Shown: positions 39,344-50,256 of the stretch, piece by piece | Position numbering within the stretch: position 1 is the stretch's first letter | How the letters are laid out: each line of letters starts with the position of its first letter | Source: an uncultured delta proteobacterium | GTDB taxonomy: Bacteria; Desulfobacterota; Desulfobacteria; Desulfobacterales; Desulfosalsimonadaceae | Direction of reading: 5' to 3' | Assembly: GCA_963826785.1 (NCBI GenBank) | Contig: CAWGYD010000006.1 | Location: 32,001 to 96,000 of the forward strand | Length of the DNA: 64,000 nucleotides | Notes under the pieces: model-generated | Told to the model about the DNA's origin: nothing | The model's database searches: none | What the model saw: the letters and a program-made list of their open reading frames with translations, nothing else | Position numbers and translations under genes: made by a program

Positions 39344-41035
39344 ATGCAGACATTTACCGAGATGAATTCACAGTACAAAGAATCGGCCAATAAGGAACTG
39401 GTAGCGGACTGGGATCGGCTGTTCAAGGTGTTTATCCGACCCGAGGATGACGACTGCCAGGCCGTTTTGATCAAATACATGGAGCGGATCCTGTTTGAGC
39501 TCCATGATTTTCTTAAAAAACACGTGGGCATCACCGAAGCCAGGAGCTTAAAAGAGCTCTCCGAGAGGTTCACCGATACGGTGATCAGTGAAAACCCGGA
39601 AAAGAAACTGGCCGACGTGATCACCTGCCTGATCAAGGACATCGCCCCCCAGGCGGTAAATGTGACCTCCCCCTATTTTGTGGGGCACATGACCTCTGCC
39701 ATCCCGTTTTTCATGGTGCATCTCAAAACCATCGTGGCGGCCTTAAACCAGAATATGGTCAAGCTGGAAACATCCAAGGTGGTCTCCATCATCGAAAAAC
39801 AGGTGATCGCCAAGATTCACCGGCTGATCTTCGAGGAAAGCGAGGCCTTTTACCGCACCCACGTGCAGAACACGGAAACCACGCTGGGCGTGTTTGTGGA
39901 AGGGGGCACCACCGCCAACCTGACCGCCCTGTGGGTGGCCCGCAATGCCAAATTCCCGCCGAAAAACGGCTTCCACGGGATTGAATCAGACGGTCTTGCC
40001 GCCGCTTACCATGCCTATGATATCAGCCGCTGCGTGGTTCTGGTCTCCCGGCTGGGGCACTATTCCCTGCGCAAGTCCGCCGGCGTGCTGGGGATCGGCA
40101 ACCAGAACATCATTCCCATCGACATCGATGATAACAACCGGGTCGATCTGTCGGCCCTGCGGCGGACCATTGCCCATTTCAAGAAAAACGAACCGAAAAC
40201 GACCATTCTGGCCATTGTGGGCGTCGCGGGAACCACTGAAACCGGAACGGTGGACGATCTTGAAAGCCTGGCCGACATTTGCGACGAAAATGGCATCCAT
40301 TTCCACGTGGATGCCGCCTGGGGCGGCCCCACCCTGTTTTCAAAACAGTATAAATATTTGCTGAACGGCATCAAGCGTGCCGACTCGGTCACCATCGACG
40401 GCCACAAGCAGTTCTACATGCCCATGAGCTGCGGCATGCTCTATTTAAAAGACCCGACACACATGGACATGATCGCCTACCATGCCAACTATGTGAACCG
40501 CTGGGGATCGGTGGACCTGGGCATCAAGTCTTTAGCCGGCTCCAGGGAAGCCAATTCCCTTATCTTAGACAGCGCATTGAAAATCATGGGCACCAGGGGG
40601 TATTCCCTGCTCATCGACCATGGCATCGAAACCGCCCGGGAATTTGCCGAAGAGATTGAAAAAAGGGATTTGTTTGAACTTACCACCCGGCCGGAACTCA
40701 ACATCCTTACTTACCGGATCTGTCCCCGGCCGATTCGGGAAAGACGAGCGTCTGCAGACCCTGTTGAGCGCCGCCAGATCGACGAACGCTTGAATTCCGT
40801 CAACCGCAACCTCCAGCGCATCCAGCGGGAAGCAGGATTCAGCTTTGTATCCCGCACCAAACTGAGGCTTCACGAAGACCCGGGAAATGAAATCGTGGTG
40901 CTCAGAAGCGTGATCATGAATCCCATGACCAGCATCGACATTTTAAAAGAAATCCTGGACGAGCAGGAAAAGATCTTTAAAACCCGACTGCAGGGAAAGC
41001 TGACGATGGAGGCCCATACAACGGCATCTGTTTAA
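39344..41035 (+). CDS. panP: PLP-dependent group II decarboxylase, PanP-like aspartate 1-decarboxylase
   Basis: FVGHMTSA, LNQNMVKLETSK, GTTETGTVD, HVDAAWGG and DSVTIDGHKQ (PLP Lys). Start placed at ATG 39344 (39362 is an alternative), not at the track's TTG. Confidence 0.8.
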   Translation: MQTFTEMNSQYKESANKELVADWDRLFKVFIRPEDDDCQAVLIKYMERILFELHDFLKKHVGITEARSLKELSERFTDTVISENPEKKLADVITCLIKDIAPQAVNVTSPYFVGHMTSAIPFFMVHLKTIVAALNQNMVKLETSKVVSIIEKQVIAKIHRLIFEESEAFYRTHVQNTETTLGVFVEGGTTANLTALWVARNAKFPPKNGFHGIESDGLAAAYHAYDISRCVVLVSRLGHYSLRKSAGVLGIGNQNIIPIDIDDNNRVDLSALRRTIAHFKKNEPKTTILAIVGVAGTTETGTVDDLESLADICDENGIHFHVDAAWGGPTLFSKQYKYLLNGIKRADSVTIDGHKQFYMPMSCGMLYLKDPTHMDMIAYHANYVNRWGSVDLGIKSLAGSREANSLILDSALKIMGTRGYSLLIDHGIETAREFAEEIEKRDLFELTTRPELNILTYRICPRPIRERRASADPVERRQIDERLNSVNRNLQRIQREAGFSFVSRTKLRLHEDPGNEIVVLRSVIMNPMTSIDILKEILDEQEKIFKTRLQGKLTMEAHTTASV

Positions 41036-41162
41036 AAGATTTCAAAGACCATCGTAATATCGTCTCCATGACGTATTGATGTTGTTTTACGCATCAAATT
41101 CTAATTGGCAGGAATCTTTGCTCTTGAATATGAATCAAGGCATTTCCCATAGGAGGCGCATC

Positions 41163-41372
41163 ATGAAGCTCAAGTACTGGATTCCGTTTATCTGCTTTAT
41201 CATCCCCACCCCGGTCATCACCTACTTCATGTGGGAAACCCATGTCTGGCAGCCCTTTCCCTTTGAAGAAACAAAAGCCATTATCGGAATGCTGGTGATG
41301 TGGTTTTTTGTGGGCGTAACTTATTTTTCGGGCATTCATGCTGTTTTAAAGGATGTGAAAACAACCGGATAA
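41163..41372 (+). CDS. Small two-TM membrane protein
   Basis: AGGAGG RBS; two hydrophobic helices; 69 aa. Confidence 0.6.
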   Translation: MKLKYWIPFICFIIPTPVITYFMWETHVWQPFPFEETKAIIGMLVMWFFVGVTYFSGIHAVLKDVKTTG

Positions 41373-41391
41373 ATCGGATGTTTTCGCTACG

Positions 41392-41982
41392 CTATCCCGT
41401 CACCGCCTTCCGGCCCAGTTCAAAGGCCTTGAGGTTGGTCTCCACAAAGGCCTGCTTGGTGGTGTCGGCGATGGCCGCGGTCACATTTTCTGCAGTGATG
41501 GGAAGAACGCCGGTTTCGATCAAGGCCCCCAGCAGCACGATGTTGACCGCCAGTTCGTTTCCCGCCTCCCTGGCCAGGGCATTGGCATCCAGGGTAATCA
41601 GTCTGCCCGTTTTAGACGCGATCAGGTCCTTGATGGTATCCAGGGTCGGATAGACGCCCTTGCCGATGGCCGCGGTAAATGGGGGAAGCGGCGAAGTGTT
41701 GGTGATCACCACAGTTTTTTTGTGGCACTTGTTCAGTGCCCGCAACGCTTCCAGGGGTTCGAACCCCAACAGGATGTCGGCCTCGCCATCGGAGATAATG
41801 GTGCTTTTGGCGTCGCCGAAAATCATGGCGGACTCCACCACGCCGCCCCGCTGGGCCATGCCGTGGATTTCGCTCATCCGCACCGGGATGTCCTGCCGGG
41901 CCGCGGCCTCCCCCAGCACCTTGGAAGCCAGCAGGTTTCCCTGACCGCCCACCGCCACTATGATCAATCGCGTTGTTTTCAT
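41392..41982 (-). CDS. iorB: Indolepyruvate:ferredoxin oxidoreductase beta subunit
   Basis: AVGGQG, SEIHGMAQRGGVV and NLKAFELG motifs. Confidence 0.93.
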   Translation of the reverse strand: MKTTRLIIVAVGGQGNLLASKVLGEAAARQDIPVRMSEIHGMAQRGGVVESAMIFGDAKSTIISDGEADILLGFEPLEALRALNKCHKKTVVITNTSPLPPFTAAIGKGVYPTLDTIKDLIASKTGRLITLDANALAREAGNELAVNIVLLGALIETGVLPITAENVTAAIADTTKQAFVETNLKAFELGRKAVTG

Positions 41983-41994
41983 TCGATTTTTCTC

Positions 41995-43845
41995 CTATTC
42001 CTTCAACGGCACGATGGCGTGTTCCGGGCACACCTGGGCGCAGACGCCGCAGCCGGTGCACAGGGATGCATTGATCTGCACCCGGTCATCTTCCACGAAA
42101 AACGCCGGGCAACCCAGGTCATTGATGCAGCTGCGGTGATTGGCGCACCGGTCGCTTACGGTAAAAGGCCTTCCCGTCAGCCGTTTCATGTTCTTGTCCA
42201 TCAGGGTGCAGCTCTGCTTCGCAATCACCACGGAAATACCCGGGTGGGAAATGGCTTCCTTTATGGCCGCGATGCTCTTTTTGACATTGTATGGTTTGAT
42301 GACGCTGACATGGTCCACCCCGATGCCCCGGACCACCGATTCGATGGACACCCGGCCGTAGCCCTCGCAGTTGAAATTGGCCATGTCCACGCCCGGGTGG
42401 GGCTGGTGGCCGGTCATGGCGGTGGTCTGGTTGTCTAAAATCACCAGGGTGAAATCATGATTGTTGAATACGGCGTTGATCAGGCCCGGGATGCCGGAAT
42501 GGAAAAAGGTGGAGTCGCCGATAAAGGAGATCACCTTCTTGTCGATGACCTGGGAAAACCCGCACCCGGTGCCCACGGACGAGCCCATGCAGATGAGAAA
42601 ATCGCCGTTTGAAAGCGGCGGCAGAAATCCCAGGGTGTAACACCCGATATCCGTGGGCCGGATGTTGTCGATCCCCTCCGTGGCCTTGTTCACCGCATAG
42701 AAGGTCGCCCGGTGGGAGCATCCCGCGCACAGGTTGGGCGGCCGCTGGGGCAGTTCGGGAAGGTCCGACAGATCCGGCGTATCCGCCGCCTCGCAGGCAA
42801 TGCCGAAATACCCGGCTATTTTGGTCCGGACCAAGGCAGGGTCGTATTCAAACAGCCGGGAAAAAAGCGTCTCACTCTTTCCGGCAATGGAGCGGGTAAA
42901 TCCGATCTCCTGGGCAAAGGCTTTGACCGCCTCTTCCATGTACGGCTCGCCTTCTTCCACCACCAGGACTTTTTCACACCCATCGAGAAACGATTTGACC
43001 AGACCCGCCGGCATGGGATGGGAAAACCCGATGCGCAGGATTTTGACCTTCTTTTCGATCCCCAGATCCCTTACCGCATCGGCCACGTAATTGTAGCTCA
43101 CCCCGTTGCAGATGATCCCCCAGGCGCCGGTCCCCTCGGTGAAATTGTAGGGGGAATTGACCGCCAGCTGCTCGGCCTCCCCGATCCGCTTGAGCAAACG
43201 GATGTGCAGTTTGCGCGATACGGCGGGCACGGTGACGAAATTGAAGGGATCTTTGGAAAAATCGCCCCGGGTGACGGGCTTTCGCAGGTTTCCGAATTCC
43301 ACGGTGGCCGTGGAATGGTTCAGACGGGTGGTGGTCCGCAAAAACACCGGCTCCTGGAGTTTTTCGGACAGATCGAAAGCATAGCCCATCATCTCCTTGG
43401 CTTCCTGGGCCGAGGACGGCTCCAGGACGGGCAGGCCGGACAATTTGCCATAATAACGGTTGTCCTGCTCGTTCTGACTGGAAAACATATAGGGATCGTC
43501 GGCGGTGAGAATCACCAGACCGCCTTTGACGCCCACATAGGCGAGCGTCATCAGGGCGTCGGCGGCCACATTAACGCCCACGTGCTTCATGATGCACATG
43601 GAGCGCACGCCGGCGTTTGCGGCCGCGGCCGCCACTTCCAGAGCCACTTTTTCGTTGGTGCTGTATTCGAAATACAACTCGCTTTCCCGGCTGATCTGAA
43701 AAAAATTGGCCGATATTTCAGACGAAGGCGTGCCCGGATAAGTGGAAGCAAAGCCGATGCCCGCTTCCAGCGCCCCCCGGACGATGGCTTCATTGCCCAG
43801 CAGAAACATCTTTTTGCCGGGCGCATCATGTAAAAGCTTGTGCAT
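41995..43845 (-). CDS. iorA: Indolepyruvate:ferredoxin oxidoreductase alpha subunit
   Basis: LLGNEAIVRG, YPGTPSSEI, RPPNLCAGCSH, GDSTFFHSG, and a C-terminal 4Fe-4S CTGCGVCAQVCP. Confidence 0.95.
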   Translation of the reverse strand: MHKLLHDAPGKKMFLLGNEAIVRGALEAGIGFASTYPGTPSSEISANFFQISRESELYFEYSTNEKVALEVAAAAANAGVRSMCIMKHVGVNVAADALMTLAYVGVKGGLVILTADDPYMFSSQNEQDNRYYGKLSGLPVLEPSSAQEAKEMMGYAFDLSEKLQEPVFLRTTTRLNHSTATVEFGNLRKPVTRGDFSKDPFNFVTVPAVSRKLHIRLLKRIGEAEQLAVNSPYNFTEGTGAWGIICNGVSYNYVADAVRDLGIEKKVKILRIGFSHPMPAGLVKSFLDGCEKVLVVEEGEPYMEEAVKAFAQEIGFTRSIAGKSETLFSRLFEYDPALVRTKIAGYFGIACEAADTPDLSDLPELPQRPPNLCAGCSHRATFYAVNKATEGIDNIRPTDIGCYTLGFLPPLSNGDFLICMGSSVGTGCGFSQVIDKKVISFIGDSTFFHSGIPGLINAVFNNHDFTLVILDNQTTAMTGHQPHPGVDMANFNCEGYGRVSIESVVRGIGVDHVSVIKPYNVKKSIAAIKEAISHPGISVVIAKQSCTLMDKNMKRLTGRPFTVSDRCANHRSCINDLGCPAFFVEDDRVQINASLCTGCGVCAQVCPEHAIVPLKE

Positions 43846-44264
43846 GTCTATTCCTTACAAATAGGGGTTACCCGAAAATCCGCACCTTGCGTTCAGGTAA
43901 GCCAAGGTGTCTCAAATGGCGGCGATCCGCCGCTTTTTGCGATTAAAACGCCAATATACCAGCCATTCCCGATGTGTAAAGTCTTTTCTATTTTTACCCG
44001 GCATTTCGCCCGGGGAAGCCTTTTTTGATCTTCATTGAAAAAGCTTCATGTTTTTCAATGTCATCGTTTCTGTATTTCAGCAGTCGCACGTATGTTTGGG
44101 GAAAAAGGTCTTTACAACCCGGACGACAAGGGATATAGTATAAAATATAGTTATTTACAAAGCCCGCATCGACCATGGTGCAATTTACGATTGGCGATGC
44201 TCATTTTTTTTTCATTTGCGGTGCGCACACCGCATTTTTTTTTAAAGGAAATATATCGAGTCAT

Positions 44265-44885
44265 ATGGAACCTTACGCCACGATCGTCATCGCCTCCCGG
44301 AATGCGGGGAAAACCAGGGAAATCAGGGAGCTTTTGGAAGGATTTCCGGTGGAAATCAAAAATCTGGATGATTTCGGACCCATTCCGGAAGTGGAAGAAG
44401 ACGGCAGCACCTTTGATGAAAATGCCTACAAAAAATCGAGCTTTACCGCGCGAGTTCTCGGATACCCGGCCCTTTCCGATGATTCGGGACTCTGCGTGGA
44501 CGCACTGGGCGGTGCGCCCGGCGTCCATTCGGCGCGGTTTGCGGGCGAAAACGCCTCAGACGATGAAAAATGCATCCGACTGCTTGAAAAACTGAAAGGG
44601 GCCCCGAACCGCAGCGCCGCTTTTGAGTGCGTCATCTCCCTGGCCGTGCCTTCCGGTGCGGCCCTGACCTATGACGGCCGATGCGACGGCATCATCACCG
44701 AAGAACCGCGGGGCGAGAATGGCTTCGGTTACGACCCCGTGTTTTTCTATCCCCCCATGGACAAGACATTTGCGCAGCTGACCCGTGAGGAAAAAAGCCG
44801 CGTCAGCCATCGCGGCAAAGCCCTGCGGGAGCTGCGGAACGAATTTGAAAAGGTGCTGGAATGGATCCGGCAGCAGATGGAATAG
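44265..44885 (+). CDS. rdgB: XTP/dITP diphosphatase (Ham1/RdgB)
   Basis: ASRNAGK, DDSGLCV, GFGYDPVF and SHRG motifs. Confidence 0.93.
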   Translation: MEPYATIVIASRNAGKTREIRELLEGFPVEIKNLDDFGPIPEVEEDGSTFDENAYKKSSFTARVLGYPALSDDSGLCVDALGGAPGVHSARFAGENASDDEKCIRLLEKLKGAPNRSAAFECVISLAVPSGAALTYDGRCDGIITEEPRGENGFGYDPVFFYPPMDKTFAQLTREEKSRVSHRGKALRELRNEFEKVLEWIRQQME

Positions 44886-44922
44886 AAGAAAAGTCAGGCG
44901 TCAGGAATCAAAAGGAGCCGCC

Positions 44923-45504
44923 ATGATCGAGGATTTAGTCAAAAGGACCCGGAGCTGCCGGCGATTTAACCAGGACCGGCCCGTTTCGATGGAAATGCTG
45001 GAGTACCTGGTCAACCTGGGCCGCCTGTCCGGGTCGGCCGCCAACCGCCAGCCGCTGAGATACGTCATTTCCTGTGATCGAAAGGTCAATGCGGAAATTT
45101 TTGCCTGCCTGGCCTGGGCCGCCTACCTGAAGGACTGGAAGGGGCCTTCGGAAGGACAACGCCCCGCGGCCTACATCGTCATGCTGGGAGATACCGGGAT
45201 TACCAGCCAGTTCTGGTGCGACGACGGCATCGCCGGACAGAGCATTCTATTGGGGGCGCGGGAGAAGGGAATCGCCGGGTGCATGATCGGCGCCATCCAA
45301 CATGACAGGCTCAAAAAAGTGCTTAGTATTGAAGACAGATATAAGATCATGCTGGTTATCGCACTGGGCGAACCGGCGGAGGAAGTGGTGATCGAAACCG
45401 TTGCCGAAGGCGGAGATATCCGGTACTGGCGGGATGAACAAGGCGTTCACCACGTTCCGAAGCGGCCGATGTCCGAAGTGATCATCGGCAGATATACGGG
45501 ATAG
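44923..45504 (+). CDS. Nitroreductase-family protein
   Basis: RSCRRF, SAANRQP and HHVPKR motifs; RBS AAGGAG. Confidence 0.88.
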   Translation: MIEDLVKRTRSCRRFNQDRPVSMEMLEYLVNLGRLSGSAANRQPLRYVISCDRKVNAEIFACLAWAAYLKDWKGPSEGQRPAAYIVMLGDTGITSQFWCDDGIAGQSILLGAREKGIAGCMIGAIQHDRLKKVLSIEDRYKIMLVIALGEPAEEVVIETVAEGGDIRYWRDEQGVHHVPKRPMSEVIIGRYTG

Positions 45505-45545
45505 GATTATGAAACGGCCCTAAATTCTAAAATGGGGAGAGGGAT

Positions 45546-47189
45546 ATGAAGCTCCAAGCCGAACTCAGAAAAATCAGAAACACGCAGTACAATGTGTACA
45601 ATAACCTGAAACGATCGGATTTGATCCGGCAGGTGGTCCAGTTCAATGAAGCCATCCTCACCAGAAACGGCGCCCTTTCCACGTGGACCCCGGCGGATTC
45701 CACCGGTCGCTCACCCAAGGACACGCTGATTGTCAAGCGCCCTGAATCCGAGATATTCATCGACTGGAGTTCGCCCAACAACCTGCCCCTCGACCCGGAA
45801 ACATTCGACATGCTGCTGGCCGATGCACTTGCCTGCATCCGGAAAAAGGACCGGCTCTATTTTACCGACCGGGTGGTGGGCGCAGACCCGGCATTCGCCG
45901 TTCCGGTGAGAACCATCACCGACCGTGCGCTCACCAGCCTGTTCACCAAGAACATGTTTCGCCCCATCCCCGAAAATATCGATTCCAGCGTATTTATCGA
46001 AAACGACTTCACGCTGATCGTGCTCCCCTATGACAAGCTGGACAAGAAAAAATACGAAGGCCGCCTGCGCAAGACCGAAAACGGCGAGACCACCGACATG
46101 GTCATCGCCATGGATTTCGTGCGAAAAGTCGGGCTGGTTTACGGTTCGGCCTATTGCGGCAGCGTAAAGAAGCTCATGTTCACGGTCATGAACTACTACC
46201 TGCCTTTTGAGAAGATCCTGCCGCTGCACTGTTCGGCCAATGAGGGATCGGCCGGTGACGTTACCCTGTTTCTGGGGCTTTCCGGAACCGGCAAGACCAC
46301 GCTTTCCGCCGACCCGCACCGGGCCCTGATCGGGGATGACGAGCACGGCTGGAGCGACAACGGCATCGCCAACTTCGAATATGGATGCTATGCCAAGCTG
46401 ATCGATCTGGACCCCAACAATGAGCCGGAAATCTTCCATGCCGTCTTCCAGGAACGCGAGTATCTCAATCACGGCGCCATTATCGAAAACTGTATGACCT
46501 ATCCCGACGGCAGCGTGGACCTGTCGGACGACAGACTGACCCCCAACAGCCGGGCATCCTATCCCCTGTCCTTTTTGCAGAACATCAAAAAAGAGGCCAA
46601 GGGGGGGCACCCCAATACCATCATTTTTCTGACGGCGGACGCCAACGGCGTACTCCCCCCGGTGGCCCGTCTGAATCCGGAACAGGCTATGTTCTGGTTC
46701 CTGATGGGATACACCAGCAAGCTGGCCGGCACCGAAACCGGCGTGGTCACCCCGGTGTCCACTTTTTCGCGCTTCTTCGGCCAGCCGTTCATGCCCAAGA
46801 ATCCGGGCAACTATTCCTCCCTGCTGGGACAGAAAATGAAGCAGCACAACACCCGGGTCTACCTCATCAACACCGGGTGGAGCGGCGGACCGTTCGGCGA
46901 GGGCCGCCGGCTCGCCATCAAGAATACCCGGGCCATGGTGGACGCCGCCATCGCCGGCAAGTTCGAGGGGATCGAGCACACCCGGGACGACCTGTTTCAC
47001 CTCGATGTCCCCCATTCCTGCCCGGGCGTTCCCGACGAAATCCTGCAGCCGAAGAACACCTGGGACAACAAAAGCGCCTTCGATGACCGGGCAAGGGCGC
47101 TGAGCCATGAATTCTGCGACAGCTTCACCAAGAACTACAAGGACAGCGATATCGATGAGTCCGTCGCTTCCCAGTGCCCCGGGATGTAA
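45546..47189 (+). CDS. pckA: Phosphoenolpyruvate carboxykinase (ATP)
   Basis: TGRSPKD, LHCSAN, GLSGTGKTTLS, IGDDEHGW and YLINTGW motifs. Confidence 0.95.
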   Translation: MKLQAELRKIRNTQYNVYNNLKRSDLIRQVVQFNEAILTRNGALSTWTPADSTGRSPKDTLIVKRPESEIFIDWSSPNNLPLDPETFDMLLADALACIRKKDRLYFTDRVVGADPAFAVPVRTITDRALTSLFTKNMFRPIPENIDSSVFIENDFTLIVLPYDKLDKKKYEGRLRKTENGETTDMVIAMDFVRKVGLVYGSAYCGSVKKLMFTVMNYYLPFEKILPLHCSANEGSAGDVTLFLGLSGTGKTTLSADPHRALIGDDEHGWSDNGIANFEYGCYAKLIDLDPNNEPEIFHAVFQEREYLNHGAIIENCMTYPDGSVDLSDDRLTPNSRASYPLSFLQNIKKEAKGGHPNTIIFLTADANGVLPPVARLNPEQAMFWFLMGYTSKLAGTETGVVTPVSTFSRFFGQPFMPKNPGNYSSLLGQKMKQHNTRVYLINTGWSGGPFGEGRRLAIKNTRAMVDAAIAGKFEGIEHTRDDLFHLDVPHSCPGVPDEILQPKNTWDNKSAFDDRARALSHEFCDSFTKNYKDSDIDESVASQCPGM

Positions 47190-47213
47190 GATTTTACGAT
47201 ATTGATGTGCAGC

Positions 47214-47256
47214 AAAAGCCCCTGTGCGGTGAAAACACCCGCACAGGGGCTTTTTC
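47214..47256 (+). terminator. Intrinsic terminator after pckA
   Basis: AAAAGCCCCTGTGCGG-loop-CCGCACAGGGGCTTTTT. Confidence 0.85.
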
Positions 47257-47463
47257 ATTCGGCCTTTCCCCCGCCTCAATACCCCATGATCCCATTCCCA
47301 TCCCGGTCGCCCCACTTCCCCCGAACAGGCAGATGAACACCCCGTATTGCAGCAGCAAAATACAATATGCACCTTATCGACTGTCCTCTTGACAAAATTT
47401 ATCATGTGTCCAGATGCGCCGCATCGGATTTGATACGAATTTACATTGGAAAGCGGATCGAAA

Positions 47464-48522
47464 ATGGCGATAAAAGGGGAAATCCAGAGTTATGGCGAAT
47501 TCAGCAAACGCGTGCTCATCGCGATGGCGATTGCCATATCCATGGTGGGGGTCATGGCCCTTTTATGGTACACGGTGCGCGTTCTGGAACTGATCTTTTT
47601 TGCCATTCTGGGGGCAGCTTTTCTAAGAGGGATCGGCGGTTGGGTGACGAGTTGGTCCAAGCTTCCCCACAGTGTTGCCATTGCACTGGTCCTATGCTTC
47701 ATTTTTGCATTGATCGGCATAGCGGTCTGGCTTCTGTCCCCCCACGTCCAGGAGCAGGTCAATAAAATGCAGCAGGAACTGCCCCGCGCCATCGATGAGA
47801 TCAACAGGTTCATCCGGACGTATGCGGACGGGTTGGCCGGACAGGAAAACCCGGAAAAAAAACTGCTGGGAAACGTCGGGGAGGCCGCCGGCAAAGTGGG
47901 AAAGGTTTTTTCGATTACACTGGAACTGGTGGAGGATTTCGTTATCTTCTTTTTCCTGATGCTGTACCTGGCCTTTACCCCGGAGACTTACATCCGGGGG
48001 ATTGTCCTGCTGTTTCCGGTCGACCGCCGCCAATCCGCCGCCGCAATCATTGAAGATCTGGGCTCCACCCTGAAATGGTGGCTGATCGGAAGATTTTCCA
48101 CCATGACCATAGTGGGCGTCTTGAGCGGCATCGGGCTGTGGCTGCTGGGCATACCGCTTGCCCTGACGCTGGGCATTCTCGCCGGACTGCTCACGTTTAT
48201 CCCCTATATCGGCGCGATTATCTCCGGCATTCCCGCAATTTTGATCGCCCTGCTCATCAGTCCCACGTACGCCACTTACGTCATCCTTCTTTATACCGCC
48301 ATCCATGCGGTGGAAGGATATATTCTGGCCCCGCTCATCCAGGAACGCACCGTTTTTGTCCCCCCCATGCTCCTGTTGTCCATGCTCACCGCAATGACCA
48401 TTCTTATCGGCATCCCGGGCCTGGTCATTGCCACACCGCTGACCGCCGTCTCCCTGGTATTGATCAAGAAGATCTATATCGAAGGAATACTGGGCGATCA
48501 CTCCGTGCTGCAATCAGAATGA
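47464..48522 (+). CDS. AI-2E family transporter
   Basis: Multi-TM protein with FIPYIG, EGYILAP and GLVIATPL motifs. Confidence 0.88.
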   Translation: MAIKGEIQSYGEFSKRVLIAMAIAISMVGVMALLWYTVRVLELIFFAILGAAFLRGIGGWVTSWSKLPHSVAIALVLCFIFALIGIAVWLLSPHVQEQVNKMQQELPRAIDEINRFIRTYADGLAGQENPEKKLLGNVGEAAGKVGKVFSITLELVEDFVIFFFLMLYLAFTPETYIRGIVLLFPVDRRQSAAAIIEDLGSTLKWWLIGRFSTMTIVGVLSGIGLWLLGIPLALTLGILAGLLTFIPYIGAIISGIPAILIALLISPTYATYVILLYTAIHAVEGYILAPLIQERTVFVPPMLLLSMLTAMTILIGIPGLVIATPLTAVSLVLIKKIYIEGILGDHSVLQSE

Positions 48523-48997
48523 GACCGGCGTCTTTCGGCCGGAAGCAATAGGGCCGGCAAGCAGCCTTTTGCCCTTCCATCTTTTTAAATCATCATCTCC
48601 TCAAAAACGGCAGCTTCTGATTATCGGCGAAGGTTGGCTGTCTCGCCGAGAAGACCCCAATACCAACCGCTTCGGACGCAAAGAAAAAGACTTGAAGTCC
48701 GTATGTTAAGCTGATATAAAAAGTACCACAATGTGGTAGCTGTACACATGCCCGATTTTGGATGCCCAACTCTTACCAAAGGCCACTGAACTGAACCGGA
48801 ATCGCCCCCCCGCCTCAAACTTCCTCAGCCCGATGACAAATGTGAGGACGACAACACATGTCCGGAACACATTGAACTTACAGCCTGGTTGCGCATCTCC
48901 ATGTGATGCATACCTTCGATATGAAGCCATGATCCCGTTTTCGTGGCCTGTTCGTGATGAAACATGCACGTAATTCCAAAAACAAGCAGGAGGTCTT

Positions 48998-50224
48998 ATG
49001 CGAAATATCGTCATTCTCGGCGCCGGCGCCGGCGGAACCATTGTTGCCAACCAGCTGCGCCGTGAGCTGGACGACAGCGAATTTCGGATCATTATCATCG
49101 ACAAGGACGAACAGCACCACTACCAGCCCGGGTACCTGTTCATTCCATTTGGCATTTACGGCAAGCAGGATGTTCTGCGGCCAAAACGCGAATTCATCCC
49201 AAAAGACGTTGATTTTGTGATCGACACGGTGACCCGGGTCGATCCGGAAAAGCGGCAGGTGACCACTCAAAGAGGCAGTTATGATTACGACTGGCTGGTG
49301 ATCAGCACGGGATGCCGGATCGCGCCGGAAGAGGTCGATGGCCTGCCCGAAACCTGGCAGGAAACCGCCTTTGATTTTTATACCCTGGAAGGGGCCCTCA
49401 ATTTGCGCCGGCAGCTCAAGTATTTCGATTCCGGCAGATTGGTGCTAAATATTGCCGATACACCTTATAAATGCCCCATCGCCCCCATCGAGTTCGTGTT
49501 CATGGCCGATGCGTTCTTCACCCGAAACGGCGTCCGGGACAAGGTGGAGATCGAAATGGTCACCCCGCTGGACGGCATTTTTACCAAACCGGTGGCCACC
49601 CGGGAGCTGACCCAGATGGCGGTGCAAAAAAACATCAAGCTGCGAACCCACTTCACCCTGGCGGAGGTTGACGGCAAAAACAAGACCATCATTTCGGCCA
49701 AAGGCGAGGAGGTGGGCTACGACCTGCTGGTCTCCATTCCGCCGAACATGGGAGACAACAGCCTGCTCGAATCCGAGCTGTCCGATCCCATGGGGTTCAT
49801 GCGGACCGACAGATACAGCCTGAAATCCCTGGATTTTGATCGGGTTTACATTCTGGGCGACGCCACCAATGTGCCGACCTCCAAGGCCGGTTCAGTGGCC
49901 CATTATGAATCCTATACCGTTACGGAAAATATTCTGCGCGAGATTGACGGTCAGGAGCCGAAGGGAACCTTTGACGGCCATGCCACCTGTTTTCTGGCCA
50001 CGGGGTATGAAAAGGCCACCTTGCTCGATTTCAGCTACACCGTCGAGCCATTGCCGGGCAAGTTCCCCCTGCCGGGCCTGGGGCCATTCAATCTCCTCAG
50101 TGAAAGCCTGGCCAATTACTGGGGCAAAATGCTTTTCCGTTGGGTTTACTGGAATCTGATGATGCCCGGCCATGAACTGCCGCTGGAACCGCAGATGAAT
50201 CTGGCCGGTAAAACCCGGCAGTAG
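48998..50224 (+). CDS. sqr: Sulfide:quinone oxidoreductase-like flavoprotein (type III SQR)
   Basis: GAGAGG, HHYQPG, YKCPIAP, GDATNVPTSKAGS and FDGHATC motifs. Confidence 0.82.
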   Translation: MRNIVILGAGAGGTIVANQLRRELDDSEFRIIIIDKDEQHHYQPGYLFIPFGIYGKQDVLRPKREFIPKDVDFVIDTVTRVDPEKRQVTTQRGSYDYDWLVISTGCRIAPEEVDGLPETWQETAFDFYTLEGALNLRRQLKYFDSGRLVLNIADTPYKCPIAPIEFVFMADAFFTRNGVRDKVEIEMVTPLDGIFTKPVATRELTQMAVQKNIKLRTHFTLAEVDGKNKTIISAKGEEVGYDLLVSIPPNMGDNSLLESELSDPMGFMRTDRYSLKSLDFDRVYILGDATNVPTSKAGSVAHYESYTVTENILREIDGQEPKGTFDGHATCFLATGYEKATLLDFSYTVEPLPGKFPLPGLGPFNLLSESLANYWGKMLFRWVYWNLMMPGHELPLEPQMNLAGKTRQ

Positions 50225-50256
50225 AAGAATCGGTTGTTTAAAGGAGGAAAGTCCGT

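Noticed and set aside
45711..47405. 564-aa antisense ORF opposite pckA (similarly 6667-8283, 21743-22930, 42712-43833)
   Set aside because: These are shadow ORFs expected from GC-rich codon bias on the opposite strand; they have no recognisable motifs.
48620..48990. Sigma-54 promoter or small ORFs upstream of sqr
   Set aside because: I found no correctly spaced GG-N10-GC site in a TGGCAC/TTGC context, and the ORFs lack an RBS and coding-like composition.
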